Origin: an uncultured bacterium
Lineage (GTDB): Bacteria; Oederibacteriota; Muellerivitia; Muellerivitales; Muellerivitaceae
Assembly: GCA_964525605.1 (NCBI GenBank)
Contig: CAZGKT010000001.1
Location: 133,153-197,152 of the forward strand
Direction of reading: 5' to 3'
Length of the DNA stretch: 64,000 nucleotides
Below, in pieces: positions 51,594 through 61,132 of this stretch. Both the position numbers and the translations under genes were made by a program. Numbering within the stretch: position 1 is the first letter of the stretch; the number at the start of each line of letters is the position of its first letter. The notes under the pieces were generated by a model. It searched no databases, was not told the origin of the DNA, and saw only the letters and a list, made by a program, of their open reading frames with translations.

Positions 51594-52742
51594 GTGGCTA
51601 TCACGATTAAGACAGTTGAAACCAAGCAGGATATCGAAACCTTTCTTCATCTACCGTGGAAAATCTATGTCTCGCCGGATGGAAAAAGAGACCCCAACTG
51701 GGTGCCACCCTTCCTCGACGACCAGCGCAGTCTGCTCAGCCCGCAAAAAAACCCCTACCACCAGCACAGCCGAACCAAACTCTTCATGGCCTTCAACGAT
51801 AAGAACGAGCTGGTGGGCCGCATCTCCGCCAGCGTGGACGACAATTTCAACCGGTTCTGGACCTCCAAGGTCGGTTTTTTCGGATGGTTCGAGTGCGTGA
51901 ACGACCAGACCGTGGCCAACGCCCTATTCGCCGAGGGGGAGAAGTTCTTCAAGTCGGAGGGTATCAGCGAAGTTCGGGGCCCGGCCAGTTTCACCTCCAA
52001 CGACGATTATTTCGGTTTTCTCTTAGAAGGATATGATTCCCCGGCTCGCATTGCCATGACCTACAACCCGCCCTATTACCTCCAACTAACCGAAAAAGCT
52101 GGTTACACCAAGGCCAAAGATCTTTACGCCTGGTACCTTTCCGCGGAAATTGACATTCCAGAGCGTATCGCGAAAATCGTCGATCGCACCATGAAACGTG
52201 AAAGAATCACGATCCGTCCCCTCAACATGAAGCGGCTCTTCGAGGATGCGAAGATTCTTCAAGAACTCTACAACAAGATCTGGGAAAAGAACTGGGGCTT
52301 CGTGCCCATGACCGACGAGGAATTCAAATATCAGGTCAAGAAACTCAAGGACATCGTCTGGGCCGATTTCGTGGTTTTCGCCGAGGTCGATGGCAAGGCA
52401 GTTGGCTTCAATCTGGTGGTACCGGATATCAACCAGGTTCTGATCAAAATGGACGGCGAGCTCTTTTCGTTGAAAACACCCTTCGCCCTGATCACCTTCC
52501 TCACGAATATCGGAAAAATCAACGATACCCGCGAAATGGCCATGGGAATCCATCCCGATTACCGTAAAAAGGGGTTGGAAGCCGTTCTCTATCTGGAAGG
52601 GCTTAAAACCGGCAAGAAACGCAAGATCAAGGGGGGGGAGCTGTCCTGGACCCTGGAAGACAACGAGGGCATCAACAGCGGCATCACGGCCATGGGTGGA
52701 AAGATCGTCAAAAAGTACCGTATCTACTCAAAAGCCATTTAG
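51594..52742 (+). CDS. GNAT/FemAB-fold N-acyltransferase-like protein (~380 aa); candidate bacterial ceramide synthase
   Basis: 382 aa. Two tandem acyl-CoA N-acyltransferase-like halves (a pattern seen in FemAB/bCerS-type proteins). Located 115 bp downstream of the SPT-like gene on the same strand. The family assignment is from fold-level impression, not a specific motif. Confidence 0.4.
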   Translation: MAITIKTVETKQDIETFLHLPWKIYVSPDGKRDPNWVPPFLDDQRSLLSPQKNPYHQHSRTKLFMAFNDKNELVGRISASVDDNFNRFWTSKVGFFGWFECVNDQTVANALFAEGEKFFKSEGISEVRGPASFTSNDDYFGFLLEGYDSPARIAMTYNPPYYLQLTEKAGYTKAKDLYAWYLSAEIDIPERIAKIVDRTMKRERITIRPLNMKRLFEDAKILQELYNKIWEKNWGFVPMTDEEFKYQVKKLKDIVWADFVVFAEVDGKAVGFNLVVPDINQVLIKMDGELFSLKTPFALITFLTNIGKINDTREMAMGIHPDYRKKGLEAVLYLEGLKTGKKRKIKGGELSWTLEDNEGINSGITAMGGKIVKKYRIYSKAI

Positions 52743-52761
52743 CTAACCTTTTAAAACAAAA

Positions 52762-52794
52762 AAAGCCATTCCCTTCCCGGGGATGGCTTTTTTT
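52762..52794. terminator. bidirectional terminator between convergent genes
   Basis: 'aaaaaaagccattcccttcccggggatggcttttttt': imperfect 9-bp stem flanked by A7/T7. Confidence 0.5.
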
Positions 52795-52830
52795 GTTTAA
52801 GGCCAAATGCGTAACCCAATTTCAACAACT

Positions 52831-55350
52831 CTATCGAAGAATCAACACCTTCTTAAGCCACTTATCTGATGGGGTGGTCACAACGGCGTAGAAAAGGCCA
52901 TTGCTGATCTTGGAGAGGTCGAAATCATCCAGGATGAGGGTATAGGCCCCGGCGGACACGTATGGCCAATTACGCTGATAGATCTTCCGGTATGCCGTGG
53001 TGAAAATCTTGACCGTTACGTAATCGTGCGGCTGGCTGAAATAAACAGCAACCTGGAGGGGTCCATTCCCCTTCACCGGGTTGGGATAAATAACCGGCGG
53101 TTGGTTGGTCGCAATAGTTGGTGACGGCGTCGCGGTTAGCGTGACGGTAACGGTTACAGTTTGTGTTATCGATAAGGTCGGGCTAGGCGTGAAGGTGAAG
53201 GTATTTGTGGGGGTAGAGGAATAGGTCCAGGTCGAGGTCACAGTGGGTGTATTGGTTATCGTGCTGGTAACGGTCCATGTGGGGGTAAAGGTGGGAGTTA
53301 GAGTAACGGTGGGCGTTAAAGAGATGGTCGGGGTATTGGTGATAGTGGGGGTATTGGTCGCCGTGAGTGTATTGGTCACGGTTCCCGTATTGGTGGGCGT
53401 CATGGTCCAGGTGGGGGACAGGGTTTCCGTAGGTGAGGGGGTATAAGTAAGGGTATTGGTGATCGTGGGGGTATTGGACGAAGTGGCTGTATTGGTGGGT
53501 GTTCCGGTCCAAGTGGAGGTATTTGTATTTGTTGGCGAAAGAGTAAATGTCGAAGTGTTGGTAATCGTAAGAGTCGAAGTCACCGTGGGAGTGTTGGTGG
53601 ATGTCGTAGTGGAAGTCGCTGTCGAGGTCGCAGTGGGGCTTAGGGTATCCGTGATAGTAGAAGTTACCGTTGGCGTGTCTGAAACCGTAAAGGTTGAGGT
53701 AACGGTGGATGTAACTGTTGGAGTGCTGGTAAAGGTAAATGTCGGGGACAGGGTCGAGGTTAAGGTATTGGTGGGGCTTAGCGTAATGGTAGGAGTGTTG
53801 GTGACGGTATTGGTAAAGGTCATCGTGAGGGTATTTGTTATGGTGCTTGTCTGGGTAATGGTGGGCGAAAGCGTGGGGGTACTGGTGTTGACCGTCCCGG
53901 GACAAAAACTGGCATAGATCGAATCCCACCCGTTATTACCACCGTTCACCGTGAAATAGGAAACAGGGCTACTGAACCCCGAAGATGCATTCGGAAAGGT
54001 AAAACCCGGGTTTAAAACGTAGCCGATGACCCCCCAGGTGGTGGCCGGGGAGTTCTGGTAATTAAAGACGAAACTCAGAGGCGCGTCAAATTCGTAGGTC
54101 AGCCAATAGTTCCCCGCCGCCAGGTAGGTTGGGTTCATCTGCAGGATGTTCCATTGTCCCGGGGTTACCATCATATAAGTCACGGATTGGGCCTGCAGGT
54201 TTCCCATAACCCAGGTGGTCCCAGATGAAGCCGCACTATATATGGCGGATTGAATGTAAGCTCCGGTGTCCAAACTGTTGTTCGGGACATAGAGCGACAT
54301 CGTATAAACCGTCCCCGCCTGAGGCAGGTTATAAAAGTCGGCCCGCATTTCCTCTTGGACAGCCGTAGCCGGGCCTCCAGCTGAAATTGTATCCCCAAAA
54401 TAAGTTACAGCGCTCCCGCATGGCGGGGTTAAGGAAAGATTGGGAGTGACTGTATCAGTTTGAGACGGAGTCTCGGACATCGTTGGGACAGGCGTATAGG
54501 TGAAGGTTAAAGTCGGAGTGTTGGTATAAATCGTCCCGGTCATTGTTGCGGTTGATGTGATGGTGGGCGTCGGTGAAACGGTGGGCGTGTTGGTCGGAGT
54601 GATGGTGTTGGATACTGTCGGGGTGCTGGTCGGAACAATACAATAGTTGGCGTAAATGGGCACATTACCCGCGCCATAGGCGATGCTTGCCGGGGCGGAA
54701 CTGGGTAGACTCCCAAAGACTTGGGATGCGGTCGTATAAACTAAATATCCATTCGTCCCTGTCGCGTAATTCAGGCTGTACCCGTTTGTGTTGTACATAT
54801 AAACCAACCAATAGAACCCCGAACTTAACTCGGTCGGTGTTATGAAAAATCCATTCCAGCCGGCTACGACCGGTTGAGGTGCTGATTGAACGACGAGAGT
54901 CCCCAGACTGCTGACGCTCCCAGAGTAGATGCCGACGATCAAAGACGCTCCCCCGGAATTGCTCCAAGCCGTGAGGCTGTAAACCGAAGCCGGTTTGCTC
55001 AAAGTATATAAACTTCCGTAAATTCCAGGAGCGGTAGCCGCACTCCCATTGTTTAATCCGGTCGCGTTATTCCCAAAGAAAGTCGCCGAAGCTCCGCAGG
55101 GGGGAGTAAGTGTTAAATTCTGGGTTGGTGAATCGGTGGGGGTATTCGTCGGCAGGTTGGTGTTTGTGATGGTCGGGGTCATTGTGATCGTTGGAGTATT
55201 GGTCATCGTTCGGGTCATTGTGGGCGTCGAGGAATTCGTGAAAGTCCGCGTTACCGTGGGCGTGGAAGTATTGGCTGCAAAACCGTTGGTCGACACGAGT
55301 AAAAGTAATCCCGTTAACAAAACCAAAGACGTAAACCGCAAGGTGGTCAT
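52831..55350 (-). CDS. secreted Thr/Pro/Ser-rich mucin-like surface protein with T9SS-type C-terminal sorting domain (Por_Secre_tail-like)
   Basis: 839 aa with a signal peptide ([17 protein letters not shown]). Two lectin/Ig-like globular segments separated by long 'TPT(V/I)T(N/S)T' low-complexity tracts (hundreds of Thr). C-terminal ~85 aa '[79 protein letters not shown]' matches the T9SS CTD pattern (YPNP ... G.Y.... G.Y...V....... K.L). Confidence 0.7.
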   Translation of the reverse strand: MTTLRFTSLVLLTGLLLLVSTNGFAANTSTPTVTRTFTNSSTPTMTRTMTNTPTITMTPTITNTNLPTNTPTDSPTQNLTLTPPCGASATFFGNNATGLNNGSAATAPGIYGSLYTLSKPASVYSLTAWSNSGGASLIVGIYSGSVSSLGTLVVQSAPQPVVAGWNGFFITPTELSSGFYWLVYMYNTNGYSLNYATGTNGYLVYTTASQVFGSLPSSAPASIAYGAGNVPIYANYCIVPTSTPTVSNTITPTNTPTVSPTPTITSTATMTGTIYTNTPTLTFTYTPVPTMSETPSQTDTVTPNLSLTPPCGSAVTYFGDTISAGGPATAVQEEMRADFYNLPQAGTVYTMSLYVPNNSLDTGAYIQSAIYSAASSGTTWVMGNLQAQSVTYMMVTPGQWNILQMNPTYLAAGNYWLTYEFDAPLSFVFNYQNSPATTWGVIGYVLNPGFTFPNASSGFSSPVSYFTVNGGNNGWDSIYASFCPGTVNTSTPTLSPTITQTSTITNTLTMTFTNTVTNTPTITLSPTNTLTSTLSPTFTFTSTPTVTSTVTSTFTVSDTPTVTSTITDTLSPTATSTATSTTTSTNTPTVTSTLTITNTSTFTLSPTNTNTSTWTGTPTNTATSSNTPTITNTLTYTPSPTETLSPTWTMTPTNTGTVTNTLTATNTPTITNTPTISLTPTVTLTPTFTPTWTVTSTITNTPTVTSTWTYSSTPTNTFTFTPSPTLSITQTVTVTVTLTATPSPTIATNQPPVIYPNPVKGNGPLQVAVYFSQPHDYVTVKIFTTAYRKIYQRNWPYVSAGAYTLILDDFDLSKISNGLFYAVVTTPSDKWLKKVLILR

Positions 55351-55463
55351 TGAATGGTATCCAGATTGAACATGAATAAACTAACGGCAAATTCCTTTAT
55401 AACTTGATCAATTCTAATCGTTTAGTTGACCTGGGGATGACAAGCCATCCATGCGCTTTGCGC

Positions 55464-57023
55464 CTAATTGTCCGACCGGCGGAGCACCTGGCCTGGGTAA
55501 CCGTTCAAGAAGTATCCCTTCCCGAAAACCTGTTGGCCGTTGACTAATACCATCCTCATGCCGGTGGGCGGAACCCCGGGATTAACGGCCGTGGCATTGT
55601 CCCCGATCGTCTTGTAGTCGAAGACTACCACATCTCCCCAGAAACCGGGTTTCAACTGGCCCCTATCTTTCAATCCCATCAACCCAGCCGGTTCCTTCGT
55701 GAGCCGTTCAATCGCCTCGGAAAGACGAATGACACCCTGATCCCTGACGTAGGTTCCCAAAAGACGGGGAAAGGCACCCACATCCCTGGGGTGAGGGATG
55801 GTGGCTGCCGAATCGGACCCAAAAAGCACGTAGGGCGATTGGATCTTCTTGATCAGCCCCTCTTCCGAAAGACCGTGGTAACAGATTTTGACATCCTTTC
55901 CGTTTTCAAGGAGCAGGGCCAGAATCGTGTTCTCCTCCGATAGATTGCGTTGTTGGGCCAGTTCTTTGAGGGTTAATCCTAGTGCGGAACGGGAAGATTT
56001 ATTTCGCACCATCGTGATTTCGATTTTGTCCCCACCGCCGTATTCCTGAAGCCGGCGCTTAATTCGGGCCATCGCGTCGTCCGCCTTGTCTTCTTTGTGG
56101 TAGAAAGACCAGCGGGATGTATCCTCAGGCAAGTAAAGGAACTGATAGAGGGGGATTTGAACCTCGTTGCCCCAAAAGTCATAAGGGTAAACCGTGGCAT
56201 AGGCCTGTAAGCCCCGTCCCCTCGCCTCTTCCAACAAACGAAGCCCGCTTTCCGTCTGGTCCCAGTTGCTGGGCAATTTGAAGAGCAAATGTTGAATCAC
56301 CACAGGAACCTTATCCGTCTCCCCCAAGTGAAGGGCCTCTTTGATGGCATCGAGCACGCCCGAACGGTAATTGCGGATATGGGTGTAATAAACCGCGTGG
56401 GGATATTTGGAAAGTACGGATGCGAGATCTTCTAATTCGGCGCTTTGGCACCATTCCCCCGGCTCGTAGCCCAACCCGCTGGAAAGGCCGAAAGCCCCGG
56501 CTTTGAGACCCAATTCTAAAAAGTTCTTCATCTTGGTCATGGCAACGGCATCGGCCGGCTTTTGCTTTTGGGTCTTTACGAACCAATCCCTCACGCTTCC
56601 CTGGCCTAACAGGGTCCCCAGGTTGATCAGACCCCTGTGTTTTTGCAATTTTTGGAGGTTTTTTTCGACATCTAGGATCGAAAAGCCGCAATTACCCGCC
56701 AAGCCGGAAGTGACCCCCCTGCGGATGGCCTTTTGCTGTTCCGTGAAGGACCAGAGCAGGTCATTGTGGCAAAGCAGGTCGATAAAGCCCGGGGCCACCA
56801 CAAAGCCCTTTACATCCACTTCTTTCTTGGCCGTATAGGGTGGCAAAACCCCAACCGCGGCGATCTTGCCGTCTTTAATGGCCAAGTTGCCCTGGTAGGG
56901 CGGAAGACCGGACCCATCCATGATGGTCCCGTTCAAGAGGACGAAGTCATACTGCACTGGCTCGACGGCAAAGGCCGAGGCCGAGAGGACGAGAACGATG
57001 ATGATAAAGAAAAACTTGTTCAA
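55464..57023 (-). CDS. amidohydrolase-superfamily enzyme, N-acyl-D-amino-acid deacylase (D-aminoacylase) family, secreted
   Basis: 519 aa with a signal peptide. 'DFVLLNGTIMDGSG', 'GFIDLLCHND' (metal-binding HxH-type start of a TIM-barrel amidohydrolase). Length and C-terminal beta-sandwich insert typical of D-aminoacylases. Confidence 0.7.
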   Translation of the reverse strand: MNKFFFIIIVLVLSASAFAVEPVQYDFVLLNGTIMDGSGLPPYQGNLAIKDGKIAAVGVLPPYTAKKEVDVKGFVVAPGFIDLLCHNDLLWSFTEQQKAIRRGVTSGLAGNCGFSILDVEKNLQKLQKHRGLINLGTLLGQGSVRDWFVKTQKQKPADAVAMTKMKNFLELGLKAGAFGLSSGLGYEPGEWCQSAELEDLASVLSKYPHAVYYTHIRNYRSGVLDAIKEALHLGETDKVPVVIQHLLFKLPSNWDQTESGLRLLEEARGRGLQAYATVYPYDFWGNEVQIPLYQFLYLPEDTSRWSFYHKEDKADDAMARIKRRLQEYGGGDKIEITMVRNKSSRSALGLTLKELAQQRNLSEENTILALLLENGKDVKICYHGLSEEGLIKKIQSPYVLFGSDSAATIPHPRDVGAFPRLLGTYVRDQGVIRLSEAIERLTKEPAGLMGLKDRGQLKPGFWGDVVVFDYKTIGDNATAVNPGVPPTGMRMVLVNGQQVFGKGYFLNGYPGQVLRRSDN

Positions 57024-57123
57024 TTCAGTTTTACCTTCTCAATTAAGTTTGGTGTCATTGCGAGGAATGCCCGACGAATAGTCGGGCGTTCATGACGAAG
57101 CAATCCCAGTTTAAATATGCCTT

Positions 57124-57185
57124 ACAACAATCTAACGCGAACATCGAACTGAGATTGCCACGTCGGCAAACGCCCCGATTGGGGC
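57124..57185 (+). repeat. 62-bp conserved intergenic element, copy 1 (between the amidohydrolase start and rsmB stop)
   Basis: 'aacgcgaacatcgaactgagattgccacgtcggcaaacgccccgattggggcgcctcctcgc' matches 61833-61894 with 3 mismatches. Contains the hairpin cgcccc-gatt-ggggcg. Copy 1 is bracketed by a 12-13-bp inverted repeat (tgtcattgcgagg at 57053 / cctcgcaatgaca at 57182). Confidence 0.5.
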
Positions 57186-57214
57186 GCCTCCTCGCAATGA
57201 CAACTTGGGAACTT

Positions 57215-59338
57215 CTAATTCCTAATCTTCTGCACTACCGACAAGAAACCTCCGTCCCGGTCACCCGTGGGGAGGAACGTAACTCCCCATTTGTCCTTCA
57301 AAAGATTCGTAACCTCTGAAGGAGAATCGGGTATGGCCAAGTCCCATCCTGGATGGGATTCCATGAACGTCTTTATTAAATCCTGGTTTTCTTCCCTTTC
57401 CAGCGAGCAGGTGCTGTAAATCAAATAGCCCTTGGGGTAAAGATGCCCGTGGACTTCCTCCAGTAGTTTGAGCTGTTCGATCGCGTGCTTTTTGATTTCA
57501 TCGGGCCTTAACTTCCACCGCAAATCAGCCCGGCGGGACAAGACGCCCGTGCCGCTACAAGGCGCATCCACCCAGATAAGATCAAACTTCTGAGAGGGCG
57601 GAATTTTTTCGATGGCTTCCTCATACACCCTCACCTTGTTCAACCCCAACCGGCGCAGGTTTTCTTTCAGTTTCACCATGCGAACAGGCGAAAAGTCGGT
57701 GGCCCAAACCTCGCCCTTCTCGCCCAGCTTCCAGGCCAGGCCCGCCGTCTTACCGCCCGGGGCCGCGCAAACATCCCACGCCCTAAAGACATTATTGAAG
57801 GGGAGCATTTCCAACATGGCCTGGGGGGTCCAATCCTGCACAAACCAATCGCCCTGTCCAAAACTATCGCCGGAAAAGAGACCGCCTTCATGGCTTGCCA
57901 ACCGAAGGGTGTAGGGAGGCCAAGCCAAGGGCTCGACCCGAACATTCTGGGTCAGCAGATCGGCCTGAACTTTCGCACCCGTGCCGGGTTTGGAACGCAA
58001 AAAGACCGGATGGGGCTTGTTGTTGGCGGCCAGCACCGGTTCCAGGTTCTCGGTATTGAGGCCGTCGGCTGACAGGCCGGTCGCCCAACGGCGTACCAAC
58101 CAGGTGGGATGGGAATACTTGATGGCTAGGGTATCCATGTCGTCTTCGCCCGTGATCTTGAAATCGGCTTTTTGTTTTTCGGCGTTGCGTAGGACCGCGT
58201 TGGAAAAACCGGCAAGGGATTCCTGCCCCGCGCCTTTGACCAGGTTCACCGCCTCGTGTACCGCCGCGTGGGCGGGTACCCGGGTGAGGAACAAAAGTTG
58301 GTAGATTCCCATGCGCAGGGAAATTTTGACCTCGACCGGTAATTTGGCGAAGGGTGATTGGCAAAGCTTATCCAGATGGTAATCCAGCAAACGCTTTTGG
58401 CGGGTGCAGCCATATACTATTTCCCGAAAGAGGGCCATATCCTCGGGAATCAATCCACGAACTTCCATTACATCCGCCACCTTAGCGCCCTTTTCAATCT
58501 TCAAAAGCGCCTTGGCCGATTCAAGCCTAGAAGGAGAAACGGTATCACTGGGGCCGACTTCTCCCGCAGGGCGGGGACCGGTAGGCCTGGGGCCGGTGGG
58601 CATGGAACCTGAAACCATTCCTGGCCGTGGCCTAATAGAATCGGGACCACCCGGCTTGCTGGGGCCGCGAAAGGTCGGGCGGCTGCCGGGGCCAGGGCCC
58701 CTGCGATCCCCAAACTTTGAAGGACCACTTGGCCTGGGGTGGAACGATTCTTTTGGCCGAGGCGCGGCCTGATCAACGGATTTCACCGGAGGCGCGAGTT
58801 TGCTTACGGATGCTGGAATTACTATTCCAGCTCCCGCGAACGTCGGCACGAATGGGGCTGGCGCGGGTGGTTTGGGGGGGTCATCCGAATGCACAGGCGA
58901 GGAAACAACTGGAGACGTTCCCGACCTGTAGGATTTTCTTGGACCGCCAAAATTTTTGGTGCCCATCGGTCCCTTCGGACGATAGGGCCCCTTGGAATCA
59001 TGGGATTTAAATCTCCCCCTGGGAGCGTTTGGATCTCTGGGTTTGTACGAACCCTTGGGAAGAGACGGTCTCGGGGGGCCACTGGGCCCCTTGGAATCAA
59101 ACGAACGCTTGGGTTCAAACGACCGCGGGGGAGCATTTGGATCACCTGACTTGTACGGGCCCTTCGAGTCAAACGGTCGCTTGGGGCCGAACGACCCCTT
59201 CGGTTTATAGGGAGCCTTGGACGCATTTGGGTCACGGGGTTTATAAGGCCCTTTGGCGTCCCGTGGTTTGTAAGGGCCTTTCGGCTTGTAGGGGCCTTTA
59301 GGTTTGTCGTTTCTTGGTTTATGGGGAGGGGGGGTCAC
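57215..59338 (-). CDS. rsmB: 16S rRNA m5C967 methyltransferase RsmB/Sun with a ~260-aa N-terminal Lys/Pro/Gly-rich repeat extension
   Basis: The C-terminal ~440 aa carry the NusB-like domain ('ALFREIVYGCTRQKRLLDYHL') and the MTase motifs 'VCAAPGGKT', 'DAPCSGTGV', 'YSTCSL'. The N-terminal 260 aa are in-frame degenerate repeats 'KPKGPYKPKGPYKPRDAKGPYKPRDPNASKAPYKPKGSFGPKRP..'. The GTG start overlaps the fmt stop (GTGA). Confidence 0.8.
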   Translation of the reverse strand: MTPPPHKPRNDKPKGPYKPKGPYKPRDAKGPYKPRDPNASKAPYKPKGSFGPKRPFDSKGPYKSGDPNAPPRSFEPKRSFDSKGPSGPPRPSLPKGSYKPRDPNAPRGRFKSHDSKGPYRPKGPMGTKNFGGPRKSYRSGTSPVVSSPVHSDDPPKPPAPAPFVPTFAGAGIVIPASVSKLAPPVKSVDQAAPRPKESFHPRPSGPSKFGDRRGPGPGSRPTFRGPSKPGGPDSIRPRPGMVSGSMPTGPRPTGPRPAGEVGPSDTVSPSRLESAKALLKIEKGAKVADVMEVRGLIPEDMALFREIVYGCTRQKRLLDYHLDKLCQSPFAKLPVEVKISLRMGIYQLLFLTRVPAHAAVHEAVNLVKGAGQESLAGFSNAVLRNAEKQKADFKITGEDDMDTLAIKYSHPTWLVRRWATGLSADGLNTENLEPVLAANNKPHPVFLRSKPGTGAKVQADLLTQNVRVEPLAWPPYTLRLASHEGGLFSGDSFGQGDWFVQDWTPQAMLEMLPFNNVFRAWDVCAAPGGKTAGLAWKLGEKGEVWATDFSPVRMVKLKENLRRLGLNKVRVYEEAIEKIPPSQKFDLIWVDAPCSGTGVLSRRADLRWKLRPDEIKKHAIEQLKLLEEVHGHLYPKGYLIYSTCSLEREENQDLIKTFMESHPGWDLAIPDSPSEVTNLLKDKWGVTFLPTGDRDGGFLSVVQKIRN

Positions 59339-60396
59339 TTGAGCCTTTCACCTGGTTTGAAATTGGGATGGCCTAAGGTGAACTCGAAGGCGCCCATGCG
59401 TTTTTTCCCTGGAGGCTGAATTTCCTTCAACAGCACTCTTCCCTTCCCTGATGCAACTTCCACGCCTTCTTTACCGACCGCCAACACCTCGCCGGGTGTG
59501 GTGGAAACCGTTCCATCAAGCGCCTTCGCCGAAAATAGTCTTAAGGGCATTTCGCCCCACTGGGTTTCCGCCACGGGCCAGGGGGCCAAGCCCCGAATCT
59601 GGTTGACGACTTCAGGAGCTGATTTCTCCCATTGCACCCTGCACTTTTCCCTTTTGATGCTCGGGGAGAAGGTGGCTAGGGAGTGGTCCTGTGGAATGCG
59701 GGGAGCCTTGTTCTCAGCAAGGAGGGCCAGCGCCTCCACGATGCCTTCTGCGCCAAGAATGGCCAAACGATCGTGCACATCGCCAGTGCATTCATCCGGC
59801 CCGATAGGGGTTTTCTTGACCAGTAACATGTCGCCGTCATCCAGCTTTTCGCCCATGTACATGATGGTGACGCCCGTTTCAGTTTCACCCGCCATCACGG
59901 CGTAATGGATCGGAGCCGCGCCCCGGTATTTGGGAAGAATCGAGCCGTGAATATTCAAGTTGGTGACCGTGGGCACCTGCAAAACGGAGAGGGGGAGAAT
60001 TTGTCCGTAGGCCGCGACCACCGTGACGTCGGGCGGGTGGGACTTTAACATCTCGACCGATTCGGGAAATTTTATTTTTTCAGGCTGAAACACCTCGAGG
60101 CCCAGTTCCACCGCGGTCTTCTTGACCGGCGAGGCCTTGAGCTCCAGGCCGCGACCCGCGGGACGGTCGGGCTGGGTAACGACCAGCGTTAGGGGATACC
60201 CGGCCCCATGGAGGGCCTTTAGGGCGGGCACGGCAAAATCCGACGTTCCCATGAACAAGATTTTTAAAGGTGGTTTCAAGGACGATCCGATGACCTTCGA
60301 ATGTGCTTCGCCAGGAGGGAAATTATAAGGTAATTCGTCGTGGATAATGTAGGAATATCCAGTAAACAAGGCAAGGCACAGACAACACAAAGCCAC
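59335..60396 (-). CDS. fmt: methionyl-tRNA formyltransferase
   Basis: Core 'ILFMGTSDFAVPALKAL..', 'HGSILPKYRGAAPI', and the C-terminal Fmt domain. The annotated ORF start probably over-extends; the conserved N-terminus (KILFMGT) begins near 60252-60270. Confidence 0.85.
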   Translation of the reverse strand: MALCCLCLALFTGYSYIIHDELPYNFPPGEAHSKVIGSSLKPPLKILFMGTSDFAVPALKALHGAGYPLTLVVTQPDRPAGRGLELKASPVKKTAVELGLEVFQPEKIKFPESVEMLKSHPPDVTVVAAYGQILPLSVLQVPTVTNLNIHGSILPKYRGAAPIHYAVMAGETETGVTIMYMGEKLDDGDMLLVKKTPIGPDECTGDVHDRLAILGAEGIVEALALLAENKAPRIPQDHSLATFSPSIKREKCRVQWEKSAPEVVNQIRGLAPWPVAETQWGEMPLRLFSAKALDGTVSTTPGEVLAVGKEGVEVASGKGRVLLKEIQPPGKKRMGAFEFTLGHPNFKPGERLK

Positions 60397-60518
60397 GAAG
60401 ACACTAAGTAAACCAAAATTAGAGAATCAAGGCCAATCGGAAGCCAAAAACTAAGACCTTAGGTAGTTATTCAAAATTCTTGTTTTCACTTTGTGTCTTC
60501 GTGTCTTTGTGTTGGATG
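60379..60518. other. long inverted repeat (19-bp arms, ~95-bp spacer) spanning the def-fmt intergenic region
   Basis: 'cacaaagccacgaagacac' (60386-60404) versus 'gtgtcttcgtgtctttgtg' (60494-60512): 18/19 complementary. The spacer is A-rich. Confidence 0.3.
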
Positions 60519-60531
60519 CTGGTTTGGCTTT

Positions 60532-61059
60532 TTAAAGCCGGATGGGGGCTTTTTCGAAGTTCTTCTTCAGCTGATGCAGTTGTTTCTGGTGGAAAAGCCT
60601 TTTGACGGCGGGTATTCGCTGAATGAAAAGCTGGCCGTTCATGTGGTCGATCTCGTGTAATACGCAGCGTGCCAAGAGGCCCTCGTAATCGCGGGTTTGT
60701 TCCTTGCCCTCCAAGTCTTGAAACTTCACCTTCACCTTCAGAGCCCTCTCTACCTCTTCCCTGACATCGGGGATGGAAAGACAACCTTCTTCGGACAGAT
60801 CGCTTCCATCCTCTTCCAACACCACGGGGTTGACCAAGGCGGTGGATTCACCCTTTTCTTCCTGATCGTAACGCTCGTCCATCACCATCATACGGATCGC
60901 TTCGCCAATCTGGATGGCCGCCAACCCCACGCCGTTGGCATCCCGCATGGTTTCGGTCATGTTTCCGGCCAGGGTCTTGAGTTCGGGTGTGAAGGCGGTC
61001 ACGGGCTTGCTCTTGTGCTTCAAGCGGGGATCGGGATATAGAACGATTGGAAGAACCAT
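60532..61059 (-). CDS. def: peptide deformylase
   Basis: 175 aa: 'GVGLAAIQIGE' (motif 1), 'EGCLSIPD' (motif 2), 'HEIDHMNGQLF' (HExxH motif 3). Confidence 0.9.
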   Translation of the reverse strand: MVLPIVLYPDPRLKHKSKPVTAFTPELKTLAGNMTETMRDANGVGLAAIQIGEAIRMMVMDERYDQEEKGESTALVNPVVLEEDGSDLSEEGCLSIPDVREEVERALKVKVKFQDLEGKEQTRDYEGLLARCVLHEIDHMNGQLFIQRIPAVKRLFHQKQLHQLKKNFEKAPIRL

Positions 61060-61132
61060 CGGCTCACTTTCCTTGTATGAATTCTAAGTAAAATTATAAG
61101 GTTTGGATTTTGCTTAACTCAAGGGGGGAGGA

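Noticed and set aside
53183-53929. Val-rich plus-strand ORFs (53243.., 53456..) and a His/Tyr-rich alternative minus frame (53183..53929) inside the Thr-rich gene
   Set aside because: Reverse and shifted frames of ACN-repeat DNA. No independent support. The Thr frame carries the signal peptide and the CTD.
57092-57319. 75-aa ORF spanning repeat-element copy 1
   Set aside because: It covers a conserved non-coding repeat and the 3' end of rsmB on the other strand. No coding signal.
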